64,000 nt of DNA from the NCBI RefSeq assembly GCF_009914755.1, contig NC_060927.1. The stretch is one strand, 5' to 3'. Below, piece after piece: positions 15,915 to 31,451 of this stretch; within the stretch, counting starts at the first letter, position 1; each line of letters opens with the position of its first letter. A program made the position numbers and the translations under genes. Origin of the DNA: the human T2T-CHM13v2.0 reference genome, Homo sapiens. A model generated the notes under the pieces. It did no database searches and was not told the DNA's origin. It saw only the letters and a list, made by a program, of their open reading frames with translations.

Positions 15915-18900
15915 TAGATATATATTCTATAGTGTACATAAAATATCAAAATACCCAAACTATACATTATATACTGTACATAAAATATGAGATTACATCA
16001 AATATATATTATATTAGGTACATAAAATATGAAAGTACATCAAATATAGATTATATACTGTACATAAAATATCAAAGTACCCCGAATATATATTATATAC
16101 TCTACATGAAATATCAAAGTTCACAAACTATATATTATATACTGTACATAAAATATCAAAGTACCCAAGGTATATATTCTATACTGTACAAAAAATATCA
16201 AAGTACCCAAAGCATGTATTATATACTGTATATAAAATAAGAAAGTACATTAAATATATATTTTATTCTGTACATAAAATATCAAAGTACACCAGATATA
16301 TATTCTATAGTGTACATAAAATAACAAAGTACACAAACTATAAATTATATACTGTACATAAAATATGAAATTACATCAAATATATATTAGGTACATAAAA
16401 TATGAAAGTACATCAAATATAGATTATATACTGAACATATAATATCAATGTACCCGAAATATATATTTGATACTCTACATGAAATATCAAAGTTCAGAAA
16501 CCATACATTATATACTGTACATAAAATATCAAAGTACCCAAAGTATATATTCTATACTGTACAAAAAATATCAAAGTACCCAAAGCATGTATTATATACT
16601 GTACATAATATATGAAAGTACATCAAATATATATTTTATTCTGTACATAAAATATCAAAGTATAGGAAATATATATTCTATAGTGTACATAAAATATCAA
16701 AGTACCCAAACTATACATTATATACTGTACATAAAATATGAAATTACATCAAATATATATTAGGTACATAAAATATGAAAGTACATCAAATATAGATTAT
16801 ATACTGTACATAAAATATCAAAGTACCCCAAATATATATTATATACTCTACATGAAATATCAAAGTTCACAAACTATATATTATATACTGTACATAAAAT
16901 ATCAAAGTACCCAAGGTATATATTCTATACTGTACAAAAAATATCAAGGTACCCAAAGCATGTATTATATACTGTACATAAAATATGAAAGTACATCAAA
17001 TATATATTTTATTCTGTACATAAAATATCAAAGTACACCAGATATATATTCTATAGTGTACATAAAATAACAAAGTACCCAAACTATACATTATATAATG
17101 TACATAAAATATGAAATTACATCAAATATATATTAGGTACATAAAATATGAAAGAACATCAAACATAGATTATATACTGTACAAAAAATATCAAAGTACC
17201 CCAAATATATATTATATACTCTACATGAAATATCAAATTTCACAAACTATATATTATATACTGTACATAAAATATCAAAGTACCCAAGGTATATATTCTA
17301 TACTGTACAAAAAATATCAAAGTACCCAAAGCATGTATTATATACTGTATATAAAATATGAAAGTACATCAAATATATATTTTATTCTGTACATAAAATA
17401 TCAAAGTACACCAGATATATATTCTATAGTGTACATAAAATAACAAAGTACACAAACTATAAATTATATACTGTACATAAAATATGAAATTACATCAAAT
17501 ATATATTAGGTACATAAAATATGAAAGTACATCAAATATAGATTATATACTGTACATATAATATCAATGTACCCGAAATATATATTTTATACTCTACATG
17601 AAATATCAAAGTTCACAAACCATATATTATATACTGTGCATAAAATATCAAAGTACCCAAGGTATATAATCTATACTGTACAAAAAATATCAAAGTACCC
17701 AAAGCATGTATTATATACTGTACATAAAATATGAAATTACATCAAATATATATTTTATTCTGTACATAAAATATCAAAGTACACCAGATATATATTCTAT
17801 AGTGTACATAAAATATCAAAGTACCCAAACTATACATTATATACTGTACATAAAATGTGAAATTACATCAAATATATATTATATTAGGTACATAAAATAT
17901 GAAAGTACATCAAATATAGATTATATACTGTACATTAAATACCAATATACCCCAAATATATATTTTATACTGTACATGAAATATCAAAGTTCACACACTA
18001 TATATTATATACTGTACATAAAATATCAAAGTACCCAAGGTATATATTCTATACTGTACAAAAAACATCAAAGTACCCAAAGCATGTATTATATACTGTA
18101 CATAAAATATGAAAGTACATCAAATATATATTTTATTCTGTACATAAAATATCAAAGTACACCAGATATATATTCTATAGTGTACATAAAATATCAAAGT
18201 ACCGAAACTATACATTATATACTGTACATAAAATATGAAATTACATCAAATATATATTATATTAGGTACATAAAATAAGAAAGTACATCAAATATAGATT
18301 ATATACTGTACATAAAATATCAAAGTACCCCAAATATATATTATATACTCTACATGAAATATCAAAGTTCACAAACTATATATTATATACTGTATATAAA
18401 ATATCAAAGTACCCAAGGTATATATTCTATACTGTACAAAAAATATCAAAGTATCCAAAGCATGTTTTATATACTGTATATAAAATATGAAAGTACATTA
18501 AAGACATATTTTATTCTGTACATAAAATATCAAAATACACCAGACATATATTCTATAGTGTACATAAAATAACAAAGTACACAAATTATAAATTATATAC
18601 TGTACATAAAATATGAAATTACATCAAATATATATTAGGTACATAAAATATGAAAGTACATCAAATATAGATTATATACTGTACATATAATATCAATGTA
18701 CCCCAAATATATATTTTATACTCTACATGAAATATCAAAGTTCACAAACCATACATTATATACTGTACATAAAATATCAAAGTACCCAAGTTATATATTC
18801 TATACTGTACAAAAGATATCAAAGTACCCAAAGCATGTATTATATACTGTATATAAAATATGAAAGTACATCAAATATATATTATATACTGTACATAAAA

Positions 18901-20229
18901 TATCAAAGTACACCAGATATATATTTTATAGTGTACATAAAATATCAAAGTACCCAAACTATACATTATATACTGTACATAAAATATGAGATTACATCAA
19001 ATATATATTATATTAGGTACATAAAATATGAAAGTACATCAGATATAGATTATACACTGTACATAAAATATCAAAGTACCCCAAATATATATTATATACT
19101 CTACATGAAATATCAAAGTTCACAAACTATATATTATATACTGTACATAAAATATCAAAGTACCCAAGGTATATATTCTATACTGTACAAAAAATATCAA
19201 AATACCCAAAGCATGTATTATATACTGTATATAAAATATGAAAATACATTAAATATATATTTTATTCTGTACATAAAATATCAAAGTACACCAGATATAT
19301 ATTCTATAGTGTACATAAAATAACAAAGTACACAAACTATAAATTATATACTGTACGTAAAATATGAAATTACATCAAATATATATTAGGTACATAAAAT
19401 ATGAAAGTACATCAAATATAGATTATATACTGTACATATAATATCAATGTACCCCAAATATATATTTTATACTCTACATGAAATATCAAAGTTCACAAAC
19501 CATACATTATATACTTTCCATAAAATATCAAAGTACCCATGGCATATATTCTATACTGTACAAAAGATATCAAAGTACCCAAAGCATGTATTATATACTG
19601 TACATAAAATATGAAAGTACATCAAATATATATTTTATTCTGTACATAAAATATCAAAGTACACCAGATAAATATTCTATAGTGTACATAAAATATCAAA
19701 GTACCCAAACTATATATTATATACTGTACATAAAATATGAAATTACATCAAATATGTATTATATTAGGTAGATAAAATATGAAAGTACATCAAATATAGA
19801 TTATATACCATACATAAAATATCAAAGTACCCCAAATATATATTATGTACTATACATGAAATATCAAATATCACAAACTATATATTATATACTGTACATA
19901 AAATATCAAAGTACCCAATGTATATATTCTATAGTGTACAAAAAATATCAAAGTACCCAAAGCATGTATTATATACTGTACATAAAATATAAAAGTACAT
20001 CAAATATATATTTTATTCTGTACATAAAATATGAAAGTACACCAGATATATATTCTATAGTGTACATAAAATATCAAAGTACCCAAACTATACATTATAT
20101 GCTGTACATAAAATATGAAATTACATCAAATATATATTATATTAGGTACTTAAAATATGAAAGTACATCAAATATAGATTATATACTGTACATAAAATAT
20201 CAAAGTACCCCAAATATATATTATATACT
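15915..20229 (+). repeat. ~4.3-kb block duplicated at ~26016-30330 (offset 10101)
   Basis: ORF pairs 16467/26568, 16738/26839, 17111/27212, 18354/28455, 18727/28828, 19478/29579. Private markers agtataggaaat, agttcagaaa and aagaacatcaaacatag. Confidence 0.92.
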
Positions 20230-21120
20230 CTACATGAAATATCAAAGTTCACAAACTATATATTATATACTGTACATAAAATATCAAAGTACCCAAGGTA
20301 TATATTCTATACTGTACAAAAAATATCAAAGTATCCAAAGCATGTTTTATATACTGTATATAAAATATGAAAGTACATTAAAGATATATTTTATTCTGTA
20401 CATAAAATATCAAAATACACCAGATATATATTCTATAGTGTACATAAAATAACAAAGTACACAAACTATAAATTATATACTGTACATAAAATATGAAATT
20501 ACATCAAATATATATTAGGTACATAAAATATGAAAGTACATCAAAGATAGATTATATACTGTACATATAATATCAATGTACCCCAAATATATATTTTATA
20601 CTCTACATGAAATATCAAAGTTCACAAACCATACATTATATACTGTACATAAAATATCAAAGTACCCAAGTTATATATTCTATACTGTACAAAAGATATC
20701 AAAGTACCCAAAGCATGTATTATATACTGTATATAAAATATGAAAGTACATCAAATATATATTATATACTGTACATAAAATATCAAAGTACACCAGATAT
20801 ATATTTTATAGTGTACATAAAATATCAAAGTACCCAAACTATACATTATATACTGTACATAAAATATGAGATTACATCAAATATATATTATATTAGGTAC
20901 ATAAAATATGAAAGTACATCAGATATAGATTATATACTGTACATAAAATATCAAAGTACCCCAAATATATATTATATACTCTACATGAAATATCAAAGTT
21001 CACAAACTATATATTATATACTGTACATAAAATATCAAAGTACCCAGGGTATATATTCTATACTGTACAAAAAATATCAAAATACCCAAAGCATGTATTA
21101 TATACTGTATATAAAATATG
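20180..21120 (+). repeat. Local re-duplication of ~18300-19240 (offset 1880)
   Basis: ORF 18727 corresponds to 20607. Markers catgttttat, cattaaaga, ccaagttata, tatgagatta and catcagatat recur at +1880 (45 monomers minus 10 bp). Confidence 0.85.
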
Positions 21121-21199
21121 AAAGTACATCAAATATATGTTTTATTCTGTACATAAAATATCAAAGTACACCAGATATATATTCTATAGTGTACATAAA

Positions 21200-24100
21200 A
21201 TATCAAAGTACCCAAACTATACATTATATACTGTACATAAAATATGAAATTACAGCAAATATATATTATATTAGGTACATAAAATATGAAAGTACATCAA
21301 ATATAGATTATATACTGTACATTAAATACCAAAGTACCCCAAATATATATTTTATACTGTACATGAAATATCAAAGTTCACAAACTATATATTATATACT
21401 GTACATAAAATATCAATGTACCCAAGATATATATTCTATACTGCACAAAAAATATCAAAGTACCCAAAGCATGTATTATATACTGTATATAAAATAGGAA
21501 AGTACATCAAATATATATTTTATTCTGTACATAAAATATCAAAGTACACCAGTTATATATTCTATAGTGTACATAAAATATCAAAGTACCCAAACTATAC
21601 ATTATATACTGTACATAAAATATGAAATTACATCAAATATATATTATATTAGGTACATAAAATACGAAAGTACATCAAATATAGATTATATACTGTACAT
21701 AAAATATCAAAGTACCCCAATATATATTATATACTGTACATGAAATATCAAAGTTCACAAACTATATATTATGTACTGTACATAAAATATCAAAGTACCC
21801 AAGGTATATATTCTATACTGTACAAAAAATATCAAAGTACCCAAAGCATGTATTATATAATGTACATAAAATATGAAAGTACATCAAATATATATTTTAT
21901 TCTGTACATAAAATATCAAAGAACACCAGATATATATTCTATAGTGTACATAAAATATCAAAGTACCCAAACTATACATTATATACTGTACATAAAATAT
22001 GAAATTACATCATATATATATTAGGTACATAAAATATGAAAGTACATCAAATATATATTTTATTCTGTACATAAAATATCAAAGTACACCAGATATATAT
22101 TCTATAGTGTACATAAAATAACAAAGTACACAAACTATAAATTATATACTGTACATAAAATATGAAATTACATCAAATATATATTAGGTACATAAAATAT
22201 GAAAGTACATCAAATATAGATTTTATACTGTACATATAATATCAATGTACCCGAAATATATATTTTATACTCTACATGAAATATCAAAGTTCACAAACCA
22301 TATATTGTATACTGCACATAAAATATCAAAATACCCAAGGTATATATTCTATACTGTACAAAAAATATCAAAGTACCCAAAGCAGGTATTATATACTGTA
22401 CATAAAATATGAAAGTACATCAAATATATATTTTATTCTGTACATAAAATATCAAACTACACCAGATATATATTCTATAGTGTACATAAAATATCAAAGT
22501 ACCCAAACTATACATTATATACTGTACATAAAATATGAAATTACATCAAATATATATTATATTAGGTACATAAAATACGAAAGTACATGAAATATAGATT
22601 ATATACTGTACATAAAATATCAAAGTACCCCAATATATATTATATACTGTACATGAAATATCAAAGTTCACAAACTATATATTATATACTGTACATAAAA
22701 TATCAAAGTACCCAAGGTATATATTCTATAGTGTACAAAAAATATCAAAGTACCCAAAGCATGTATTATATACCGTACATAAAATATAAAATTACATCAA
22801 ATATATATTTTATTCTGCACATAAAATATCAAAGTACACCAGATATATATACTATAGTGTACATAAAATATCAAAGTACCCAAACTATACATTATACACT
22901 GTACATAAAATATGAAATTACATCAAATATATATTAGGTACATAAAATATGAAAGTACATCAAATATAGATTATATACTGTAAATATAATATCAATGTAC
23001 CCCAAATATATATTTTATACTCTACATGAAATATCAAAGTTCACAAACCATATATTATATACTGTACATAAAATATCAAAGTACCCAAGGTATATATTCT
23101 ATACTGTACAAAAAATATCAAAGTACCCAAAGCATGTATTATATACTGTACATAAAATATGAAAGTACATCAAATATATATTTTATTCTGTACATAAAAT
23201 ATCAAAGTACACCAGATTTATATTCTATAGTGTATATAAAATATCAAAGTACCCAAACTATACATTATATACTGTACATAAAATATGAAATTACATCAAA
23301 TATATATTATATTAGGTACATGAAATATGAAAGTACATCAAATATAGATTATATACTGTACATAAAATATGAAAGTACCCCAAATATATATTATATACTC
23401 TACATGAAATATCAAAGTTCACCAACTATATATTATATACTGTACATAAAATATCAAAGTACCCAAGGTATATATTCTATACTGTACAAAAAATATCAAA
23501 GTATCCAAAGCATGTATTATATACTGTATATAAAATATGAAAGTACATCAAATATATATTTTATTCTGTACATAAAATATCAAAGTACACCAGATATATA
23601 TTCTATAGTGTACATAAAATATCAAAGTACCCAAACTATACATTATATACTGTACATAAAATATGAAATTACAGCAAATATATATTATATTAGGTACATA
23701 AAATATGAAAGTACATCAAATATAGATTATATACTGTACATTAAATACCAAAGTACCCCAAATATATATTTTATACTGTACATGAAATATCAAAGTTCAC
23801 AAATTATATATTATATACTGTACATAAAATATCAATGTACCCAAGGTATATATACTATACTGCACAAAAAATATCAAAGTACCCCAAGCATGTATTATAT
23901 ACTGTATATAAAATATGAAAGTACATCAAATATATATTTTATTCTGTACATAAAATATCAAAGTACACCAGATATATATTCTATAGTGTACATAAAATAT
24001 CAAAGTACCCAAACTATACATTATATACTGTACATAAAATATGAAATTACATCAAATATATATTATATTAGGTACATAAAATACGAAAGTACATCAAATA

Positions 24101-26015
24101 TAGATTATATACTGTACATAAAATATCAAAGTACCCCAATATATATTATATACTGTACATGAAATATCAAAGTTCACAAACTATATATTATGTACTGTAC
24201 ATAAAATATCAAAGTACCCAAGGTATATATTCTATACTGTACAAAAAATATCAAAGTACCCAAAGCATGTATTATATAATGTACATAAAATATGAAAGTA
24301 CATCAAATATATATTTTATTCTGTACATAAAATATCAAAGAACACCAGATATATATTCTATAGTGTACATAAAATATCAAAGTACCCAAACTATACATTA
24401 TATACTGTACATAAAATATGAAATTACATCATATATATATTAGGTACATAAAATATGAAAGTACATCAAATATATATTTTATTCTGTACATAAAATATCA
24501 AAGTACACCAGATATATATTCTATAGTGTACATAAAATAACAAAGTACACAAACTATAAATTATATACTGTACATAAAATATGAAATTACATCAAATATA
24601 TATTAGGTACATAAAATATGAAAGTACATCAAATATAGATTATATACTGTACATATAATATCAATGTACCCGAAATATATATTTTATACTCTACATGAAA
24701 TATCAAAGTTCACAAACCATATATTGTATACTGCACATAAAATATCAAAATACCCAAGGTATATATTCTATACTGTACAAAAAATATCAAAGTACCCAAA
24801 GCAGGTATTATATACTGTACATAAAATATGAAAGTACATCAAATATATATTTTATTCTGTACATAAAATATCAGAGTACACCAGATATATATTCTATAGC
24901 GTACATAAAATATCAAAGTACACAAACTATACATTATATTCTGTACATAAAATATGAAATTACATCAAATATATATTATATTAGGTACATAAAATATGAA
25001 AGTACATCAAATATAGATTATATACTGTAAATATAATATCAATGTACCCCAAATATATATTTTAAACTCTACATGAAATATCAAAGTTCACAAACCATAT
25101 ATTATATACTGTACATAAAATATCAAAGTACCCAAGGTATATATTCTATACTGTACAAAAAATATCAAAGTACCCAAAGCATGTATTATATACTGTACAT
25201 AAAATATGAAAGTACATCAAATATATATTTTATTCTGTACATAAAATATCAAAGTACACCAGATATATATTCTATAGTGTACATAAAATATCAAAGTACC
25301 CAAACTATACATTATATACTGTACATAAAATATGAAATTACATCAAATATATATTATATTAGGTACATGAAATATGAAAGTACATCAAATATAGATTATA
25401 TACTGTACATAAAATATGAAAGTACCCCAAATATATATTATATACTCTACATGAAATATCAAAGTTCACAAACTATATATTATATACTGTACATAAAATA
25501 TCAAAGTACCCAAGGTATATATTCTATACTGTACAAAAAATATCAAAGTATCCAAAGCATGTGTTATATACTGTATATAAAATATGAAAGTACATCAAAT
25601 ATATATTTTATTCTGTACATAAAATATCAAAGTACACCAGATATATATTCTATAGTGTACATAAAATATCAAAGTACCCAAACTATACATTATATACTGT
25701 ACATAAAATATGAAATTACAGCAAATATATATTATATTAGGTACATAAAATATGAAAGTACATCAAATATAGATTATATACTGTACATTAAATACCAAAG
25801 TACCCCAAATATATATTTTATACTGTACATGAAATATCAAAGTTCACAAACTATATATTATATACTGTACATAAAATATCAATGTACCCAAGGTATATAT
25901 TCTATACTGCACAAAAAATATCAAAGTACCCAAAGCATGTATTATATACTGTATATAAAATATGAAAGTACATCAAATATATATTTTATTCTGTACATAA
26001 AATATCAAAGTACAC
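21200..26015 (+). repeat. Outlying copies of the 2419-bp/2047-bp unit family
   Basis: ORF spacing 21740->24159 = 2419 and 23026->25073 = 2047. Markers ccagatttat, ttcaccaact and tatagcgtac are shared with the 52329-54376 unit (offset 29303). Confidence 0.85.
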
Positions 26016-29000
26016 CAGATATATATTCTATAGTGTACATAAAATATCAAAATACCCAAACTATACATTATATACTGTACATAAAATATGAGATTACATC
26101 AAATATATATTATATTAGGTACATAAAATATGAAAGTACATCAAATATAGATTATATACTGTACATAAAATATCAAAGTACCCCGAATATATATTATATA
26201 CTCTACATGAAATGTCAAAGTTCACAAACTATATATTATATACTGTACATAAAATATCAAAGTACCCAAGGTATATATTCTATACTGTACAAAAAATATC
26301 AAAGTACCCAAAGCATGTATTATATACTGTATATAAAATAAGAAAGTACATTAAATATATATTTTATTCTGTACATAAAATATCAAAGTACACCAGATAT
26401 ATATTCTATAGTGTACATAAAATAACAAAGTACACAAACTATAAATTATATACTGTACATAAAATATGAAATTACATAAAATATATATTAGGTACATAAA
26501 ATATGAAAGTACATCAAATATAGATTATATACTGAACATATAATATCAATGTACCCCAAATATATATTTGATACTCTACATGAAATATCAAAGTTCAGAA
26601 ACCATACATTATATACTGTACATAAAATATCAAAGTACCCAAAGTATATATTCTATACTGTACAAAAAATATCAAAGTACCCAAAGCATGTATTATATAC
26701 TGTACATAATATATGAAAGTACATCAAATATATATTTTATTCTGTACATAAAATATCAAAGTATAGGAAATATATATTCTATAGTGTACATAAAATATCA
26801 AAGTACCCAAACTATACATTATATACTGTACATAAAATATGAAATTACATCAAATATATATTAGGTACATAAAATATGAAAGTACATCAAATATAGATTA
26901 TATACTGTACATAAAATATCAAAGTACCCCAAATATATATTATATACTCTACATGAAATATCAAAGTTCACAAACTATATATTATATACTGTACATAAAA
27001 TATCAAAGTACCCAAGGTATACATTCTATACTGTACAAAAAATATCAAGGTACCCAAAGCATGTATTATATACTGTACATAAAATATGAAAGTACATCAA
27101 ATATATATTTTATTCTGTACATAAAATATCAAAGTACACCAGATATATATTCTATAGTGTACATAAAACAACAAAGTACCCAAACTATACATTATATACT
27201 GTACATAAAATATGAAATTACATCAAATATATATTAGGTACATAAAATATGAAAGAACATCAAACATAGATTATATACTGTACAAAAAATATCAAAGTAC
27301 CCCAAATATATATTATATACTCTACATGAAATATCAAATTTCACAAACTATATATTATATACTGTACATAAAATATCAAAGTACCCAAGGTATATATTCT
27401 ATACTGTACAAAAAATATCAAAGTACCCAAAGCATGTATTATATACTGTATATAAAATATGAAAGTACATCAAATATATATTTTATTCTGTACATAAAAT
27501 ATCAAAGTACACCAGATATATATTCTATAGTGTACATAAAATAACAAAGTACACAAACTATAAATTATATACTGTACATAAAATATGAAATTACATCAAA
27601 TATATATTAGGTACATAAAATATGAAAGTACATCAAATATAGATTATATACTGTACATATAATATCAATGTACCCGAAATATATATTTTATACTCTACAT
27701 GAAATATCAAAGTTCACAAACCATATATTATATACTGTGCATAAAATATCAAAGTACCCAAGGTATATATTCTATACTGTACAAAAAATATCAAAGTACC
27801 CAAAGCATGTATTATATACTGTAGATAAAATATGAAATTACATCAAATATATATTTTATTCTGTACATAAAATATCAAAGTACACCAGATATATATTCTA
27901 TAGTGTACATAAAATATCAAAGTACCCAAACTATACATTATATACTGTACATAAAATGTGAAATTACATCAAATATATATTATATTAGGTACATAAAATA
28001 TGAAAGTACATCAAATATAGATTATATACTGTACATTAAATACCAATATACCCCAAATATATATTTTATACTGTACATGAAATATCAAAGTTCACACACT
28101 ATATATTATATACTGTACATAAAATATCAAAGTACCCAAGGTATATATTCTATACTGTACAAAAAACATCAAAGTACCCAAAGCATGTATTATATACTGT
28201 ACATAAAATATGAAAGTACATCAAATATATATTTTATTCTGTACATAAAATATCAAAGTACACCAGATATATATTCTATAGTGTACATAAAATATCAAAG
28301 TACCCAAACTATACATTATATACTGTACATAAAATATGAAATTACATCAAATATATATTATATTAGGTACATAAAATAAGAAAGTACATCAAATATAGAT
28401 TATATACTGTACATAAAATATCAAAGTACCCCAAATATATATTATATACTCTACATGAAATATCAAAGTTCAAAAACTATATATTATATACTGTACATAA
28501 AATATCAAAGTACCCAAGGTATATATTCTATACTGTACAAAAAATATCAAAGTATCCAAAGCATGTTTTATATACTGTATATAAAATATGAAAGTACATT
28601 AAAGATATATTTTATTCTGTACATAAAATATCAAAATACACCAGATATATATTCTATAGTGTACATAAAATAACAAAGTACACAAACTATAAATTATATA
28701 CTGTACATAAAATATGAAATTACATCAAATATATATTAGGTACATAAAATATGAAAGTACATCAAATATAGATTATATACTGTACATATAATATCAATGT
28801 ACCCCAAATATATATTTTATACTCTACATGAAATATCAAAGTTCACAAACCATACATTATATACTGTACATAAAATATCAAAGTACCCAAGTTATATATT
28901 CTATACTGTACAAAAGATATCAAAGTACCCAAAGCATGTATTATATACTGTATATAAAATATGAAAGTACATCAAATATATATTATATACTGTACATAAA

Positions 29001-31451
29001 ATATCAAAGTACACCAGATATATATTTTATAGTGTACATAAAATATCAAAGTACCCAAACTATACATTATATACTGTACATAAAATATGAGATTACATCA
29101 AATATATATTATATTAGGTACATAAAATATGAAAGTACATCAGATATAGATTATATACTGTACATAAAATATCAAAGTACCCCAAATATATATTATATAC
29201 TCTACATGAAATATCAAAGTTCACAAACTATATATTATATACTGTACATAAAATATCAAAGTACCCAAGGTATATATTCTATACTGTACAAAAAATATCA
29301 AAATACCCAAAGCATGTATTATATACTGTATATAAAATATGAAAATACATTAAATATATATTTTATTCTGTACATAAAATATCAAAGTACACCAGATATA
29401 TATTCTATAGTGTACATAAAATAACAAAGTACACAAATTATAAATTATATACTGTACGTAAAATATGAAATTACATCAAATATATACTAGGTACATAAAA
29501 TATGAAAGTACATCAAATATAGATTATATACTGTACATATAATATCAATGTACCCCAAATATATATTTTATACTCTACATGAAATATCAAAGTTCACAAA
29601 CCATACATTATATACTTTCCATAAAATATCAAAGTACCCATGGCATATATTCTATACTGTACAAAAGATATCAAAGTACCCAAATCATGTATTATATACT
29701 GTACATAAAATATGAAAGTACATCAAATATATATTTTATTCTGTACATAAAATATGAAAGTACACCAGATATATATTCTATAGTGTACATAAAATATCAA
29801 AGTACCCAAACTATATATTATATACAGTACATAAAATATGAAATTACATCAAATATGTATTATATTAGGTACATAAAATATGAAAGAACATCAAATATAG
29901 ATTATATACCGTACATAAAATTTCAAAGTACCCCAAATATATATTATATACTATACATGAAATATCAAATATCACAAACTATATATTATATACTGTACAT
30001 AAAATATCAAAGTACCCAATGTATATATTCTATAGTGTACAAAAAATATCAAAGTACCCAAAGCATGTATTATATACTGTACATAAAATATAAAAGTACA
30101 TCAAATATATATTTTATTCTGTACATAAAATATGAAAGTACACCAGATATATATTCTATAGTGTACATAAAATATCAAAGTACCCAAACTATACATTATA
30201 TACTGTACATAAAATATGAAATTACATCAAATATATATTATATTAGGTACTTAAAATATGAAAGTACATCAAATATAGATTATATACTGTACATAAAATA
30301 TCAAAGTACCCCAAATATATATTATATACTGTACATGAAATATCAAAGTTCACAACTATATATTATATACTGTACATAAAATATCAAAGTCCCCAAGGTA
30401 TATATTCTATACTGTACAAAAAATATCAAAGTACACAAAGCATGTATTATATACTGTACATAAAATATGAAATTACATCAAATATATATTATATTAGGTA
30501 CATAAAATATGAAAGTACATCAAATATAGATTATATACTGTACATAAAATATCAAAGTACCCCAAATATATATTATATACTGTACATGTAATATCAAAGT
30601 TCACAACTATATATTACATACTGTACATAAAATATCAAAGTACCCAAGGTATATATTCTATACTGTACAAAAAATATCAAAGTACCCAAAGCATGTATTA
30701 TATACTGTACATAAAATATGAAAGTACATCAAATATATATTTTATTCTGTACATAAAATATCAAAGTACACCAGATATATATTCTATAGTGTATATAAAA
30801 TATCAAAGTACCCAAACTATACATTATATACTGTACATAAAATATGAAATTACATCAAATATATATTATATTAGGTACATAAAATATGAAAGTACATGAA
30901 GTATAGATTATATACTGTACATAAAATATCAAAGTACCCCAAATTTATATTATATACTATACATGAAATATCAAAGTTCACAAACTATATATTATATACT
31001 GTACATAAAATATCAAAGTACCCAAGGTATATATTCTATAGTGTACAAAAAATATCAAAGTACCCAAAGCATGTATTATATACCGTACATAAAATATAAA
31101 ATTACATCAAATATATATTTTATTCTGTACATAAAATATCAAAGTACACCAGATATATATTCTATAGAGTACATAAAATATCAAAGTACCCAAACTATAC
31201 ATTACATACTGTACATAAAATATGAAATTACATCAAATATATATTATAATAGGTACATAAAATATGAAAGTACATCAAATATAGATTATATACTGTACAT
31301 TAAATACGAAAGTACCCCAAATATATATTTTATACTGTACATGAAATATCAAAGTACCCAAGGTATATATTCTATACTGTACAAAAAATATCAAAGTACC
31401 CAAAGCATGTATTACAAACTGTACATAAAATATGAAAGTCCATCAAATATA

